Position numbers and translations under genes: made by a program. From a virus (lineage: Duplodnaviria; Caudoviricetes): a DNA stretch of 58,359 nt. Location: the IMG/VR virus record IMGVR_UViG_3300017991_000124, positions 1 to 58,359 of that record. One strand, written 5' to 3'. Positions 44,627 through 53,978 of this stretch are shown here, in pieces. The notes under the pieces were generated by a model. The model saw only the letters and a program-made list of their open reading frames with translations, was not told where the DNA came from and did not search any database. How positions within the stretch are numbered: position 1 is the stretch's first letter; each line of letters opens with the position of its first letter.

Positions 44627-46953
44627 CGGCCCCCCCTTTTCATTTCGCTGTCGATCCGCTCGCCGATCCAGCGCATCACCGGCACGGCCATGGAGTTGCC
44701 GATGGCCATGTAGCGCGGACCGTCTGGACACTCGGATGGTGGCTTGCCGCGCCAAGGGATCTGCGTCCATCCGCTACTAACGGTCAGATCGCAGACGAAT
44801 GAATTCGCGTGTTGTATTTCGGCTGGAATGAATGAACCGATGACAGTCCACACATAGGAGCACAAGATTGCCAGGTTCAAGCCTGAGTTCTGGAAACTTG
44901 ACCCAACTTCCGACGTGGTGGACGTGGAATGTTGGATCAGTTGTTGTATGCACTGCGCCGCACCGCCGGCATGTTCTTCTATCTCTGGCCCATACAGATT
45001 GACAACATGATTTCCATTCTTTGCTTGTGAAAAACAGTTGTTGCTCTGATGTGATTCCGCCTTTCCATTGGGAACTGCCCTCCCCAGTTTGTGCAGCATA
45101 AGCGCAAGCGTGTGAACAAAACCGCCTGGTAGCATAAGCCGGTGACACGCGCTTTCGATGTCCACACCATTCACAGACAACGACCACTTTCCGATCCTGA
45201 GTCGCAGACGAGGCTCTGGCTCGCAATTGATCAGCGCACTGACGCCCACACGTTCTCGCTGGTCTGGATGGGGGACGACTGAATGACCGACCACAGACCT
45301 CACACTTCCGGGTGATTTTCTTGCGTCTACACGCGAGACATTGTTTGGCAACTTGGGACATCTCTGCCCCACAGCCGCATCGTTGTTTTGACGGTCTGAG
45401 CATACAACTATCGTAACAGTCCTCGCTACCTCTGGGAATCCTTGCAGCCGCTCGCACTCCACCGGCATCAGGCGTCGCACGCGCATCAAAGCACCCTGCA
45501 TCTCTGGTGTTTCCGAGCCTTCGCTTATGCACGGAAAACCTTGCCCGGGTTTACCACCGCCGCACTTGAGGGAACCCATGAGAACATTGGTTTCAACCTC
45601 GCCGCGCTGATTTTCATGCACGGCAACGGGATGCACCACGGCACCGGGCCCATCGCTGCACAGCGCATCGCTCTTCCCATCGAACTTCAAGCCCACCTGA
45701 TTCGACGACTCGCTGTTGCGTAGCTGGCGGGGGTTGGCGAAGAAGTCCTCGGGGCGGTCTGGGGTGGCCACCAACGTTCGCGTCGATCCCCCAGATGCTG
45801 CCCTGATATTGGCAAGATTGTCAGGATCGACCTCGGGAACGTTTCCCTCCTCTCGACCGCGCATGTTGAAGGCTATCGGTTCTTCGCTTGGTTGCAGCAC
45901 GGCCGGCGGATCCCCTTTGCTTCCGCAGCGGAGAGTTGGCGACATTGTGTCTGGATCCTGTCGGGCGTTGAACGCGCAAACCTGTAGCGATTCTGCGGTG
46001 TCCACGTCGGTGCCCGGTGGTCGATCTCCACCCGTGCGATTACCACCAGCGCGCAGAGTCGGCACCAAGTTCTGGCACTCGTCCCCGCTGGGGCCGTCGG
46101 TGCCCTTTGCCCACTTGGAGGTCACGACGTCAGACAACCTTGACACGGCAACCCCGGGATCGCCTTCTTCTTCTCGATCAGCATCGCACAACATACCGGG
46201 CACACCTTCGGTAACGAGTTGTCCTGCGGCGGCTTCGTCGGCCCCGACTCGGTGGCCACCGCCCGGAGAGCATCCCGCAAGCGTGCCGGTAGTTCTCTCC
46301 CGCGCTTCTTCGCCCGACGGATGATCCCCGCGCATGCCCTCGCACTCAAGAAGTACTTCTCCGGGATCGAACCCCGCACGAGCACTTGCGACAACGAACA
46401 CGCGCTTGCGTCGCTGGGCGAGTCCGAAATGTTGGGCGTCGAGGACGCGCCAGGCAATTGTTCGCGCTGGTCCAAGCACGACACCAGCGTGCGTCCATCT
46501 TTCCCCTGACGGGACGAGTGGATCATCCTCGCCGGCCAGCGCGCCCAGGAGGCATCCAAGTGGGTTGTCACCGTGGCTGAGCACACCGGGCACGTTTTCC
46601 CAGACGATGACGATGGGCGGTTGGCCTCGCCGAAGTCGAACAGCGTCGATTGCCTCGGCAAGCCGCACAAAGGACAGGGTAAGGTTTCCTCGTTCATCCT
46701 GCAGTCCCTTTCTCAGCCCCGCCACGCTGAACGACTGGCAGGGCGTCCCCCCGACCAGCACGTCGATGTCGGCGCACTCCTCGGGGTCCAGTTCGGTCAT
46801 GTCCCCGAGGTTGGGGACGTCGGGGTAGTGATGGGCGAGCACGGCGCTGGGGAAGGGTTCGATCTCGCTGACCCACGCGCACTCCCAGCCCAGCGGAAGC
46901 CACGCCACACTCGCGGCCTCGATGCCCGAGCATACCGACCCGAATCTGATCAT
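44623..46953 (-). CDS. DNA (cytosine-5) methyltransferase with large in-frame insertion
   Basis: SVCSGIEA, GGTPCQSFS, WENVPG, AQRRKRVF, ECERLQGFP, AIGNSMAVPV. Confidence 0.9.
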   Translation of the reverse strand: MIRFGSVCSGIEAASVAWLPLGWECAWVSEIEPFPSAVLAHHYPDVPNLGDMTELDPEECADIDVLVGGTPCQSFSVAGLRKGLQDERGNLTLSFVRLAEAIDAVRLRRGQPPIVIVWENVPGVLSHGDNPLGCLLGALAGEDDPLVPSGERWTHAGVVLGPARTIAWRVLDAQHFGLAQRRKRVFVVASARAGFDPGEVLLECEGMRGDHPSGEEARERTTGTLAGCSPGGGHRVGADEAAAGQLVTEGVPGMLCDADREEEGDPGVAVSRLSDVVTSKWAKGTDGPSGDECQNLVPTLRAGGNRTGGDRPPGTDVDTAESLQVCAFNARQDPDTMSPTLRCGSKGDPPAVLQPSEEPIAFNMRGREEGNVPEVDPDNLANIRAASGGSTRTLVATPDRPEDFFANPRQLRNSESSNQVGLKFDGKSDALCSDGPGAVVHPVAVHENQRGEVETNVLMGSLKCGGGKPGQGFPCISEGSETPEMQGALMRVRRLMPVECERLQGFPEVARTVTIVVCSDRQNNDAAVGQRCPKLPNNVSRVDARKSPGSVRSVVGHSVVPHPDQRERVGVSALINCEPEPRLRLRIGKWSLSVNGVDIESACHRLMLPGGFVHTLALMLHKLGRAVPNGKAESHQSNNCFSQAKNGNHVVNLYGPEIEEHAGGAAQCIQQLIQHSTSTTSEVGSSFQNSGLNLAILCSYVWTVIGSFIPAEIQHANSFVCDLTVSSGWTQIPWRGKPPSECPDGPRYMAIGNSMAVPVMRWIGERIDSEMKRGGR
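44777..45403 (-). CDS. Zn-finger HNH endonuclease nested in an alternative frame of the C5 MTase
   Basis: Multiple CxxC; WKGG; RDRRTCRRCG...HVHH...NLVLLCVDCHRFIH. Confidence 0.85.
   Translation of the reverse strand: MLRPSKQRCGCGAEMSQVAKQCLACRRKKITRKCEVCGRSFSRPPSRPARTCGRQCADQLRARASSATQDRKVVVVCEWCGHRKRVSPAYATRRFCSHACAYAAQTGEGSSQWKGGITSEQQLFFTSKEWKSCCQSVWARDRRTCRRCGAVHTTTDPTFHVHHVGSWVKFPELRLEPGNLVLLCVDCHRFIHSSRNTTREFIRLRSDR
46122..46697 (-). CDS. Alternative-frame ORF inside C5 MTase (possible beta-type subunit)
   Basis: SLSQVL...PEKYFLSARACAGIIRRAKKRGRELP motif; AGG before ATG. Confidence 0.6.
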   Translation of the reverse strand: MNEETLPCPLCGLPRQSTLFDFGEANRPSSSSGKTCPVCSATVTTHLDASWARWPARMIHSSRQGKDGRTLVSCLDQREQLPGASSTPNISDSPSDASACSLSQVLVRGSIPEKYFLSARACAGIIRRAKKRGRELPARLRDALRAVATESGPTKPPQDNSLPKVCPVCCAMLIEKKKAIPGLPCQGCLTS

Positions 46954-47342
46954 CCGATCGGGTCCGCCAGTGGGCCGCCGCAGACCAGTTCCATCGCGTG
47001 CGCCCGCACCGGCCCGTCGGTCGCGTCCGGCACGAACACCGTGGCCACCGGGCAGCCCTCGGGCGCCGCCGGGTGATGCACCAGGATCTCGAACCCCTGC
47101 CGCAGCCCGAGCCGTTCGCGCTTGATCATCATGGCGATCCCGCGCACGTTGAACCGCACCTCGTCCCGGGTGTGATCCCAGCGTTCGGTGTCGACGGTGA
47201 TCGGGGTCTGCGCCTCGCGTAGCGCGTTCCACAGGCCGATCACCCGGGAGCGCACGGCGGCCAGTTGGGCCTCCCGCCGCGCGAGCTGGGCGTGCACGTC
47301 CGGGCACTGCGGCTGGTGATCGAGGTCACTGTTGGCTGGCAT
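46950..47342 (-). CDS. Hypothetical protein
   Basis: Coupled by ATGA to the MTase start. Confidence 0.55.
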   Translation of the reverse strand: MPANSDLDHQPQCPDVHAQLARREAQLAAVRSRVIGLWNALREAQTPITVDTERWDHTRDEVRFNVRGIAMMIKRERLGLRQGFEILVHHPAAPEGCPVATVFVPDATDGPVRAHAMELVCGGPLADPIG

Positions 47343-47718
47343 TGCTCACCCCTTCCCGGGCCTTGGCCCAGCGTGCGCGCAGGTCGCCCCGCGCGTCGTC
47401 CTCGCCGATACCGCTGGCGTCGATCCGCAGGTCGCAGGCGCGGCACCGCACGCGGTAGTCTACCACCTGGCCGTCGGCGCGCGTCGCTCGATCCACGGGC
47501 AGTTCGCGCCCACACCGCGGGCACGGGATCGACCGTAGCACGGCCCCCGTCCGCAGGCGCGTGTTCTCAGCGGCCAGCGCGCTCAACCTCTCCTCCAGGT
47601 CCGCGATCGTCCGCAGGTGTCGCTGCCGCTCCGTGGTCAGATGCTCGACCAGCGCCCGGTGTCGGTCCGGGGCGCGGGCCTCCGTGATCGTCGCTGCCGT
47701 GTTCATGACCGCCTCCAT
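47326..47718 (-). CDS. Coiled-coil plus Zn-ribbon protein (Lar-like)
   Basis: PCPRCG...VRCRAC...ARW. Confidence 0.55.
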   Translation of the reverse strand: MEAVMNTAATITEARAPDRHRALVEHLTTERQRHLRTIADLEERLSALAAENTRLRTGAVLRSIPCPRCGRELPVDRATRADGQVVDYRVRCRACDLRIDASGIGEDDARGDLRARWAKAREGVSNASQQ

Positions 47719-47851
47719 TCCATACGCGCGGGGCCAGGTCTCCGTCTAATATCCGCCGCAGCAATTCGGACACCGGGATCTCCCGCTGCTGTGCCGCACG
47801 ATATAGACCTTGATACTGCGAATCCGTGACCGTGACGGCAAATCGTTTCAT
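47567..47851 (-). CDS. Small ribbon-helix-helix protein
   Basis: MKRFAVTVTDSQYQGLYRAAQQREIPVSELLRRIL; C-terminal part overlaps next gene. Confidence 0.5.
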   Translation of the reverse strand: MKRFAVTVTDSQYQGLYRAAQQREIPVSELLRRILDGDLAPRVWNGGGHEHGSDDHGGPRPGPTPGAGRASDHGAAATPADDRGPGGEVERAGR

Positions 47852-47860
47852 GATTAGATT

Positions 47861-48910
47861 CTACTCCCCGATCGTGTGATGGTCAATGTTGATCGCATCT
47901 GATCTGTTTGCGCCCCATCCGGTGGTCACACCGGAGCCAGCCCCCACCCGTATCCGCATCCACGGGTGCGCCCCGGGCAGTCGCCGCGCCCCGGCCTCGG
48001 CAACGTCCCGCGCCGACCGCCCTCCGAAATCCAGTTCGCCGGTGTCGGCCAGCGGGTGATCGCCAAGCGCACCCCGCACGGCATCCATCACGAGAACCGC
48101 GGCGGCTGCCGCCCGTATCTCCTCGACCCCCCGCCGCCGGCGCCACCCCGCCTCCAGCCGCACGTCACGCGCCACCCAGTCCGCGCAGTCGACGTTGACC
48201 GCCCGGGCCGGTACGGATACCGACACGGGGCACCACGGGGATACAGGGTCCGGCAGCCCTAACTCAACCTGCGTCCCGAGCACCCGATGGCTGCGACACC
48301 ACGGACGCAACGGGCACCGCGGGCACTCCACGCGCTCGGGCCTACACCTGATCGCCCCCATGTCCATCACGGCACTGGCCACCTCATAGGCTGGCGGGCG
48401 TCCGGTCACCGACCCGAAGGTGTCGGCGGCGCGTAGCAGTTCGTTCGTCCACCGGCCCGGGTCTGCATCGCGCGCCGCCCGACTGGCCACACGATCGATG
48501 TTGCTGTCGATGGGGACAGCATGCGACCCGTGCAGCAGCGCCACCATCGCCGCCGCGTACGGCCCCAGCCCCTTGGTCGCCACCATCGCCTGCGGCCAGA
48601 GCACGGTGATCCCCTCGTCGGTGGCCTCGGCGATCCCGTCCACCGCCTGCCGCTTCTGCTTCCCTAGTCCCATCGGTGTCAGCCTGCGGTCGCGCTCCTC
48701 GCCGGGGAGCTCGAGCCAGTCGGTCCCCGTCCGCACGCCGTCGAAGATCACCTCGTACCGATCAGCGACCGACCGCGCCCGTGTCTGCGCCAGTAGCCCC
48801 TCGACCATCGCCACGCGCACCAGCGGCTCGCCAGGGCGCCTCCACGGTAGACGTCGGTCCTCGCAATGCTGCGCGTAGTACCGGAGCAGAGCTGCCGCGT
48901 GTGGTGTCAT
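47861..48910 (-). CDS. HhH-GPD DNA glycosylase with 4Fe-4S motif (MutY/MIG-like)
   Basis: RRLPWR, EGLLAQT, KGLGPYAA, PIDSNIDRV, CRPERVECPRCPLRPWC. Confidence 0.85.
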   Translation of the reverse strand: MTPHAAALLRYYAQHCEDRRLPWRRPGEPLVRVAMVEGLLAQTRARSVADRYEVIFDGVRTGTDWLELPGEERDRRLTPMGLGKQKRQAVDGIAEATDEGITVLWPQAMVATKGLGPYAAAMVALLHGSHAVPIDSNIDRVASRAARDADPGRWTNELLRAADTFGSVTGRPPAYEVASAVMDMGAIRCRPERVECPRCPLRPWCRSHRVLGTQVELGLPDPVSPWCPVSVSVPARAVNVDCADWVARDVRLEAGWRRRRGVEEIRAAAAAVLVMDAVRGALGDHPLADTGELDFGGRSARDVAEAGARRLPGAHPWMRIRVGAGSGVTTGWGANRSDAINIDHHTIGE

Positions 48911-49002
48911 CGCAGGGGAGGGTGCCCGACCGGCGGCAGGGAGGGACCAACCGCCGGCCGGGCGATGCAGGGTCGAGACGCTGTCGTTACGCTGTCCATA
49001 TC

Positions 49003-49581
49003 CTACTCGTCGTCGGTGCCGGAAGCAACACCGTTGCCCCGTGTCCCGTTGATGTCGGTCCAGGCGAGGGCCACGGCCAGCGCGCTGAAAGCGTGCCCCT
49101 TGACGCCGTACAGCGGGCCAGGGTTGGCCTTCACGCCGATCTCGGGGGTCTTGCCGCCGCCCGTCGCCGGGAACCGCTCGAGCAGGGCCGCGCGGATGTG
49201 CTTGTCCTTCACGCCCACCTGGGCGCCGGTCCGGGGATCGCGGTAGGTGGACCCGCCGCAGATCACGGTCTTGATGTCGCGGCGGTTGAGGTAGGAGAAC
49301 GGGCGCTCGTAGTGTTCGCCTCCCGAGTGCGCCCAGGCGTAGTCGAACCGCCCCATCCACTTGACCGTCTCAAACGTCGACTTGCCGACCGCCATGCCGT
49401 AGCTCACGATGTCCTCGATCACCAGGTGGTCCGCCGTGTATGGGCCGGGGCCAGCCGTCTCCAGTTCGCCGATCAATTCACCGTTGTCCATCTCGCAAGC
49501 GAGCTCGACGGCGTGCTCGTCGCTGTCGTAGATCACGACGCCGCTGGACTCGGGCCCGGGGTCGATGGCTAGGATCCGCAT
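49003..49581 (-). CDS. RuvC-like Holliday junction resolvase
   Basis: MRILAIDPG...LVIE...SALAVAL. Confidence 0.8.
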   Translation of the reverse strand: MRILAIDPGPESSGVVIYDSDEHAVELACEMDNGELIGELETAGPGPYTADHLVIEDIVSYGMAVGKSTFETVKWMGRFDYAWAHSGGEHYERPFSYLNRRDIKTVICGGSTYRDPRTGAQVGVKDKHIRAALLERFPATGGGKTPEIGVKANPGPLYGVKGHAFSALAVALAWTDINGTRGNGVASGTDDE

Positions 49582-49584
49582 CGG

Positions 49585-50487
49585 CTACTCCTTATCTATC
49601 TGCGCCGCCGCATCTTCGATCTGGGTGATCGCGCGGTCCAGTTGTTTGCGGCTGCGCTGCAACTGACGCGCCAACCCGGTCAACTGTCCTGCCTGCACGG
49701 TGTGCCCGCGCAACGCTTCTCGCAGTTGGTTCTTCGCCCCCCACGTCCCGAGGTCCACGCCCAGCACCTCCTTCACCGCCTCGTACGCCTTTCGGTAGTG
49801 CTGCACCTCGGGGTCGGTCGCCAGCACCTTCTGGGTGACCTGGGCTCTGATGGCCTCGGCCTGGGCATCGCTGCCAACCTTGCCGAACCGCGCGTTGACC
49901 AACCGCTGGATCTGGGTTTCCGTCAGGTCGCGGCCCGCTACACGCCAGAACATCCTCGGCCACTTCGTGTCGCGGTGGTAGTAGCTGCGCTCCGGGTCCG
50001 CGCTGTACATTTCCTCGTGTTTGCGCAGCAACCGCAGCACCAGCGGCCATGCCCACTGCGGACGCTCCCGCTGCTTCGGCTGCTTGGTGATGCTGACCGT
50101 GCCGTTGGCGCGCACCTCAAGCAAGCCCCACCCCTCGGGCACCTCGTCCTTCTCCACCAGTCCCTGCGGCACCGCGAACAGACACTCGCCAGCCAGCCGC
50201 TCGCATGCCAGCCTCTTGCTCGGGTCTTCGATCTCGCGAGCAAAATCCTTGCGGTCGACCTTGACCTCGTAGGCCACCACCCGCCCGTGCGATGGCCACC
50301 GGTGCACGGCCACCACATCAACCCGGCGATCGCGTCGGCGGTGCCCCGTCTGGTCGCGTTCGCTGACCACCGGCACCGTGAACTCCGGGATCGTGATCCA
50401 CTGGTCAGGTGGGTGCTTGGCACGAACCGCTCCGAGCACTGCGCTCGTGCGCTGATGTGGTGCCAGTTCTGCCCACCAGTCCGCCAT
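49585..50487 (-). CDS. PD-(D/E)XK nuclease-fold protein (MmcB-like)
   Basis: RVDVV...YEVKVDRKDF...EVPEGWGLL. Confidence 0.75.
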   Translation of the reverse strand: MADWWAELAPHQRTSAVLGAVRAKHPPDQWITIPEFTVPVVSERDQTGHRRRDRRVDVVAVHRWPSHGRVVAYEVKVDRKDFAREIEDPSKRLACERLAGECLFAVPQGLVEKDEVPEGWGLLEVRANGTVSITKQPKQRERPQWAWPLVLRLLRKHEEMYSADPERSYYHRDTKWPRMFWRVAGRDLTETQIQRLVNARFGKVGSDAQAEAIRAQVTQKVLATDPEVQHYRKAYEAVKEVLGVDLGTWGAKNQLREALRGHTVQAGQLTGLARQLQRSRKQLDRAITQIEDAAAQIDKE

Positions 50488-50490
50488 CGT

Positions 50491-51141
50491 CTACTCCTCC
50501 GCTCTCCCCCACCCCTTGGGGTGCGGGCAGTCCAGAAACCCGTCGGTGCACCAGTCGCGCCCGACGTTGGTCAGGAACCGCGCCAGCGCCGGCCCCGGCC
50601 AGACCACCGCCATGTACTCGCGCATGTCCCGGGTCGCCGTCGATTTGGTGCTGGCCACGAACCCGGGACGCGGGCGGATCGTCCGCTTGGCGATCGGCCG
50701 GTAGCGCGCCCAGAAGTCCACCCGGGATCGCGCCCCGTTGAACCCGGTCTGGAGCAGCATCACGATCAGGCCCCAATGGTTGACCACCGCGTGCGCCCGC
50801 TCGACGAACTCCTGCGCCAGACTGTAGGGCGGGTTGGTGATCACCAGGTCGAACGGGTGCGTCGAACCGAACTGGTTGGGGTTGGTGAAATCGCAGTTGG
50901 GGTGCCACCCGAACTCCGGGTCCGGGCGCGGGTAGTCGCCCAACTCCACCCCCACGCAGTCCGCGATCGGCCCGATCAACTGGTCCGCCGCGCGCAGGAA
51001 CGGGGCGTGCTTGCCAGCGCCTGGTTCGAGGATGGTCACCCCGTGCTCCCTCGTCGGCGGCCACATCGACAGCGCCCACCGGGTGATCTCCGTGGCGAGC
51101 AAAGGCGGCGTGGGGTACTCGTCGGATGCGCGCTGTCCCAT
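50491..51141 (-). CDS. Small N6-adenine DNA methyltransferase
   Basis: DEYPTP, ILEPGAG, VITNPPY. Confidence 0.85.
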   Translation of the reverse strand: MGQRASDEYPTPPLLATEITRWALSMWPPTREHGVTILEPGAGKHAPFLRAADQLIGPIADCVGVELGDYPRPDPEFGWHPNCDFTNPNQFGSTHPFDLVITNPPYSLAQEFVERAHAVVNHWGLIVMLLQTGFNGARSRVDFWARYRPIAKRTIRPRPGFVASTKSTATRDMREYMAVVWPGPALARFLTNVGRDWCTDGFLDCPHPKGWGRAEE

Positions 51142-51143
51142 GA

Positions 51144-52406
51144 CTACTCCTTCACCTCTCCGTCCTCGATCACGACCGTCGCCCCCTCGCCGTCCGACAC
51201 CCGCTCGATCCACACCTGGGCGCCGTGCGCCTGCGCCTGCTCGGAGATGGCCCGCAGGTTGTCCGCGTCCAGCAGCGACCCGTCGCGGATCAGCAGCACT
51301 CTCAGGTCGGGGTTGGCCGCCAGCCCCATCGCCACCGACACCCGGATCTGCTCGGCCTGCGAGCACTGGTCGAACGGCACGCCGCCGAACGTGACCACTC
51401 CCTCGGCGTCCAGGGCGAGCCCGTCGATCGGCATCGTGGCCTCGGCGATGGCCGCCTCGCGCTGTCGGTCGCAGTCCTCGATCTGCGTGGTCAAGGCCAG
51501 CACTTCGGTGTTGTGCTTGCCGACGGCGAGCTCCAGGGCGTCGCGTTCTGCGTTGGCGCGCACCTGGCTGTTGATCTCGCTGACGTCGACCAACCGCTGG
51601 CGGGCCGCTGCCACGTCGACATCCTGCAGCGCGTCCACGTCGACCTTCAACTCGCGCCCCCGCTGGTTGAGGGATTCCAGCGCCGCGCGGTGCTCGGCGA
51701 CCTGCTGCTCCAGCCGCTCCAGGGCGGCAGCGCGCTGGTCGTACTCCGCGCGCAGTTCCTCGAGCGCCTTGCGCTTGGCGGCGTTCGCCTTGTTGGCGCG
51801 CTCGGCCTCGTCGATCTCTGCCATCAGGTCGGCGGCGTTGACCTCAGCGTCGGGGGCGTCGGGGTAGTGGGGCAGTTTGTCCAGGCGCGCCCGTGCGGCC
51901 TTGAGTTCCCGGTTGACCTCGGTGCGGGTGTTGTATGCCGCCTCGCGGTCGGCGTCGATCTGGGCGGTGTCCAGGCCCGCCAGTTGGCGCAGGCGCTCGG
52001 CCTGGGCGCGGCGGTCCAGCCGGGTGAAGGCCAAGGGGTCGAACGACAGCTCGCCGGTCAGTTGGTCCAGCACCGTCTGGGGCTTGGGCACCGTGACCCC
52101 GGGCTTGCGGCTGATCGTCAACTGGCCGCCCCCGGCGGCGGTGATGGTGCGCTTGATGATCAGTGCCTCGGTTTCGATTTCGATCACCGCCTTGTCGGCG
52201 CCGTCGCGCACCGGCCGGTCGGGGATTGCTCGCTTGCCAGCCAGGGCGTACATCACCGAATCGAGCACCGAGCTCTTGCCCTGGGCGTTCCTGCCGGCCA
52301 CGACCACCAGGGCGCCGGTCGGGGTCACGCGCACGGCCTTCAGCCGCTTCACGTTCGCGGCCTCCAGGCGCACGATGGTCTGGGGGTCATCAACGACACG
52401 AGGCAT
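51144..52406 (-). CDS. SMC/RecN-like ABC ATPase
   Basis: GRNAQGKSS, long coiled coil, CSQAEQ, LLIRDGSLLD. Confidence 0.88.
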   Translation of the reverse strand: MPRVVDDPQTIVRLEAANVKRLKAVRVTPTGALVVVAGRNAQGKSSVLDSVMYALAGKRAIPDRPVRDGADKAVIEIETEALIIKRTITAAGGGQLTISRKPGVTVPKPQTVLDQLTGELSFDPLAFTRLDRRAQAERLRQLAGLDTAQIDADREAAYNTRTEVNRELKAARARLDKLPHYPDAPDAEVNAADLMAEIDEAERANKANAAKRKALEELRAEYDQRAAALERLEQQVAEHRAALESLNQRGRELKVDVDALQDVDVAAARQRLVDVSEINSQVRANAERDALELAVGKHNTEVLALTTQIEDCDRQREAAIAEATMPIDGLALDAEGVVTFGGVPFDQCSQAEQIRVSVAMGLAANPDLRVLLIRDGSLLDADNLRAISEQAQAHGAQVWIERVSDGEGATVVIEDGEVKE

Positions 52407-52761
52407 GGGGATCTCCTTTCAGCCCGGGGTCGTCCGGGCAATCGTCGCGTTGCAATGTGCGGGCCACCAACTCCCGCTTGTATTTGATCATCAGGTCCAG
52501 GGCGTCCGCCAGGAAGGCTGCCAGGGTTTCGAAGTCACCGTCCCGCCGCATGGCGATCTCCTTGCGGGCGCGCGTGTGGCAAGGCAGGCAGACCCGGGCC
52601 ACGCGCTCGTCGTCGCCCTTGCTCCCCATGCCGCCGCTGCCGAAGTGGTGCAGTTGCTCCCACCGCCGCTGACGGCACAGGCAGCACTGGCCGGGTTGCC
52701 GATGCGCCCACGCGAGGAACTCGGGATCCTTGACCCGGGGATGGCGGGGGCCGAGCGCCAT
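52390..52761 (-). CDS. Small Zn-binding HNH-like protein (DUF968/Ref-like)
   Basis: CCLC...LHH...GMGSKGDD...CLPCH. Confidence 0.7.
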   Translation of the reverse strand: MALGPRHPRVKDPEFLAWAHRQPGQCCLCRQRRWEQLHHFGSGGMGSKGDDERVARVCLPCHTRARKEIAMRRDGDFETLAAFLADALDLMIKYKRELVARTLQRDDCPDDPGLKGDPHASCR

Positions 52762-53300
52762 CAGAACGGCTCCGGGGCGGTGTTGTCCAGCGCGTTCATC
52801 TGCTGGTCCACCCGGATCTGTACTTCGGGTGGCAGCGTCCACAACCCCTGCTTGCCGCCGCACACCACCGGCTCGGGCAGGATGTCGGTCGGGCCGAGCA
52901 CCCAGTGCACCTCACCGGGGGCCGCCCACGGGGACCAGGACTCCCGGGTCACGTCGGCGAGGGTGGCAACCGCGACGATCGCGCTGCGCACGACGGTGCT
53001 GCCGTCGCACACCAGATCGCCGCCCTCCATCGGCACCACGAACCCCTCGCCGTCTTTCGCAAACTCGCCGACCATCGGCAACAGGTACCCCGCACGCTCG
53101 GCCATGAACCGCAGATCATCGAACGCCTTTCGCCGCACCTCGATCCCGGGCCGGCCGCCGATCGTCTTGCCCGCGTGGATGGCGAACCGATCGCCGATCT
53201 GCAACCCGCGCCGACGCGGATCCCATCGACGGTTCTCCACATTCTTGCCGAGGTGCACGATCGCCCAGCACCACTCGGGCCAGATGGTCAGCGCCTTCAT
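52761..53300 (-). CDS. ASCH domain protein
   Basis: MKALTIWPEWCWAIVHLGKNVENR...AIHAG...GKQGLW. Confidence 0.85.
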   Translation of the reverse strand: MKALTIWPEWCWAIVHLGKNVENRRWDPRRRGLQIGDRFAIHAGKTIGGRPGIEVRRKAFDDLRFMAERAGYLLPMVGEFAKDGEGFVVPMEGGDLVCDGSTVVRSAIVAVATLADVTRESWSPWAAPGEVHWVLGPTDILPEPVVCGGKQGLWTLPPEVQIRVDQQMNALDNTAPEPF

Positions 53301-53767
53301 CGGTCGTCTACTCCGCGCACGTAGTGGTTGGCTGATTCTGCCCGCTCCCGCCACCGAAGCGCGTCACGATTGGCTGCTTTCAACTCACCATCCAGCCGGC
53401 AGCATTCGGCCTCTAGGTGGTTGATCTTGCTGACGTCCGGAGTGAACATTTTGATGCGCCGTTCTAGTTCGACAACCTTGTTGGACAGCCCCACATCGCT
53501 ATCTTCCAGTTGTCGAATCCTTGCACGCATTCGCACCAGCGGTTCAATCCCGTTGAGCACGGGGCACATGCGACACCAGTCGTCGGTGTCGGCATCGCAC
53601 TCGTCGCACGGATCCGAGCGGCGTTGCACAGCCTGTAGTTTTCGCACCTCTTGCCGCAGATCGTCGATGGTCGCCACGAGCGCCAGTTCGGCCCGACTGG
53701 CCGGGTGCCGCCGGACCTCCTCCACCCCGCCGGGAGTGAGCGGTTCCACCGAAATGTGATCAGACAT
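53297..53767 (-). CDS. Coiled-coil hypothetical protein with Cys cluster
   Basis: CDEC...CRMC; coupled to neighbours. Confidence 0.55.
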   Translation of the reverse strand: MSDHISVEPLTPGGVEEVRRHPASRAELALVATIDDLRQEVRKLQAVQRRSDPCDECDADTDDWCRMCPVLNGIEPLVRMRARIRQLEDSDVGLSNKVVELERRIKMFTPDVSKINHLEAECCRLDGELKAANRDALRWRERAESANHYVRGVDDR

Positions 53768-53978
53768 CGTACACCTCCACAATCTCCGTCTCCTCCATGT
53801 GCAGCACCGTCCGGTACGCCGCTGCCACCATCCTCATCTTGTCCGCCAGATCCGAGAGGCTAATCGTGTCGGCGCACGCCTCGAACCGCTCGGCGGTTTC
53901 GCGCAGATACGCCCGAAACTTCGCCTGCTCGTACGCCGTGAGTTGAACAGACATCGCATTTCTCGACACGTCGCTCAT
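53760..53978 (-). CDS. Hypothetical protein
   Basis: ATGA overlap upstream; 72 aa. Confidence 0.5.
   Translation of the reverse strand: MSDVSRNAMSVQLTAYEQAKFRAYLRETAERFEACADTISLSDLADKMRMVAAAYRTVLHMEETEIVEVYDV

Noticed and set aside
44773-45430. Intein in the C5 methyltransferase
   Set aside because: No C/S...HN-C/S/T termini recognised; the nuclease is in a different frame
46133-46145. Plus-strand GACAACCTTGACA inside the MTase gene as an antisense promoter
   Set aside because: No -10 at a proper spacing; may be chance
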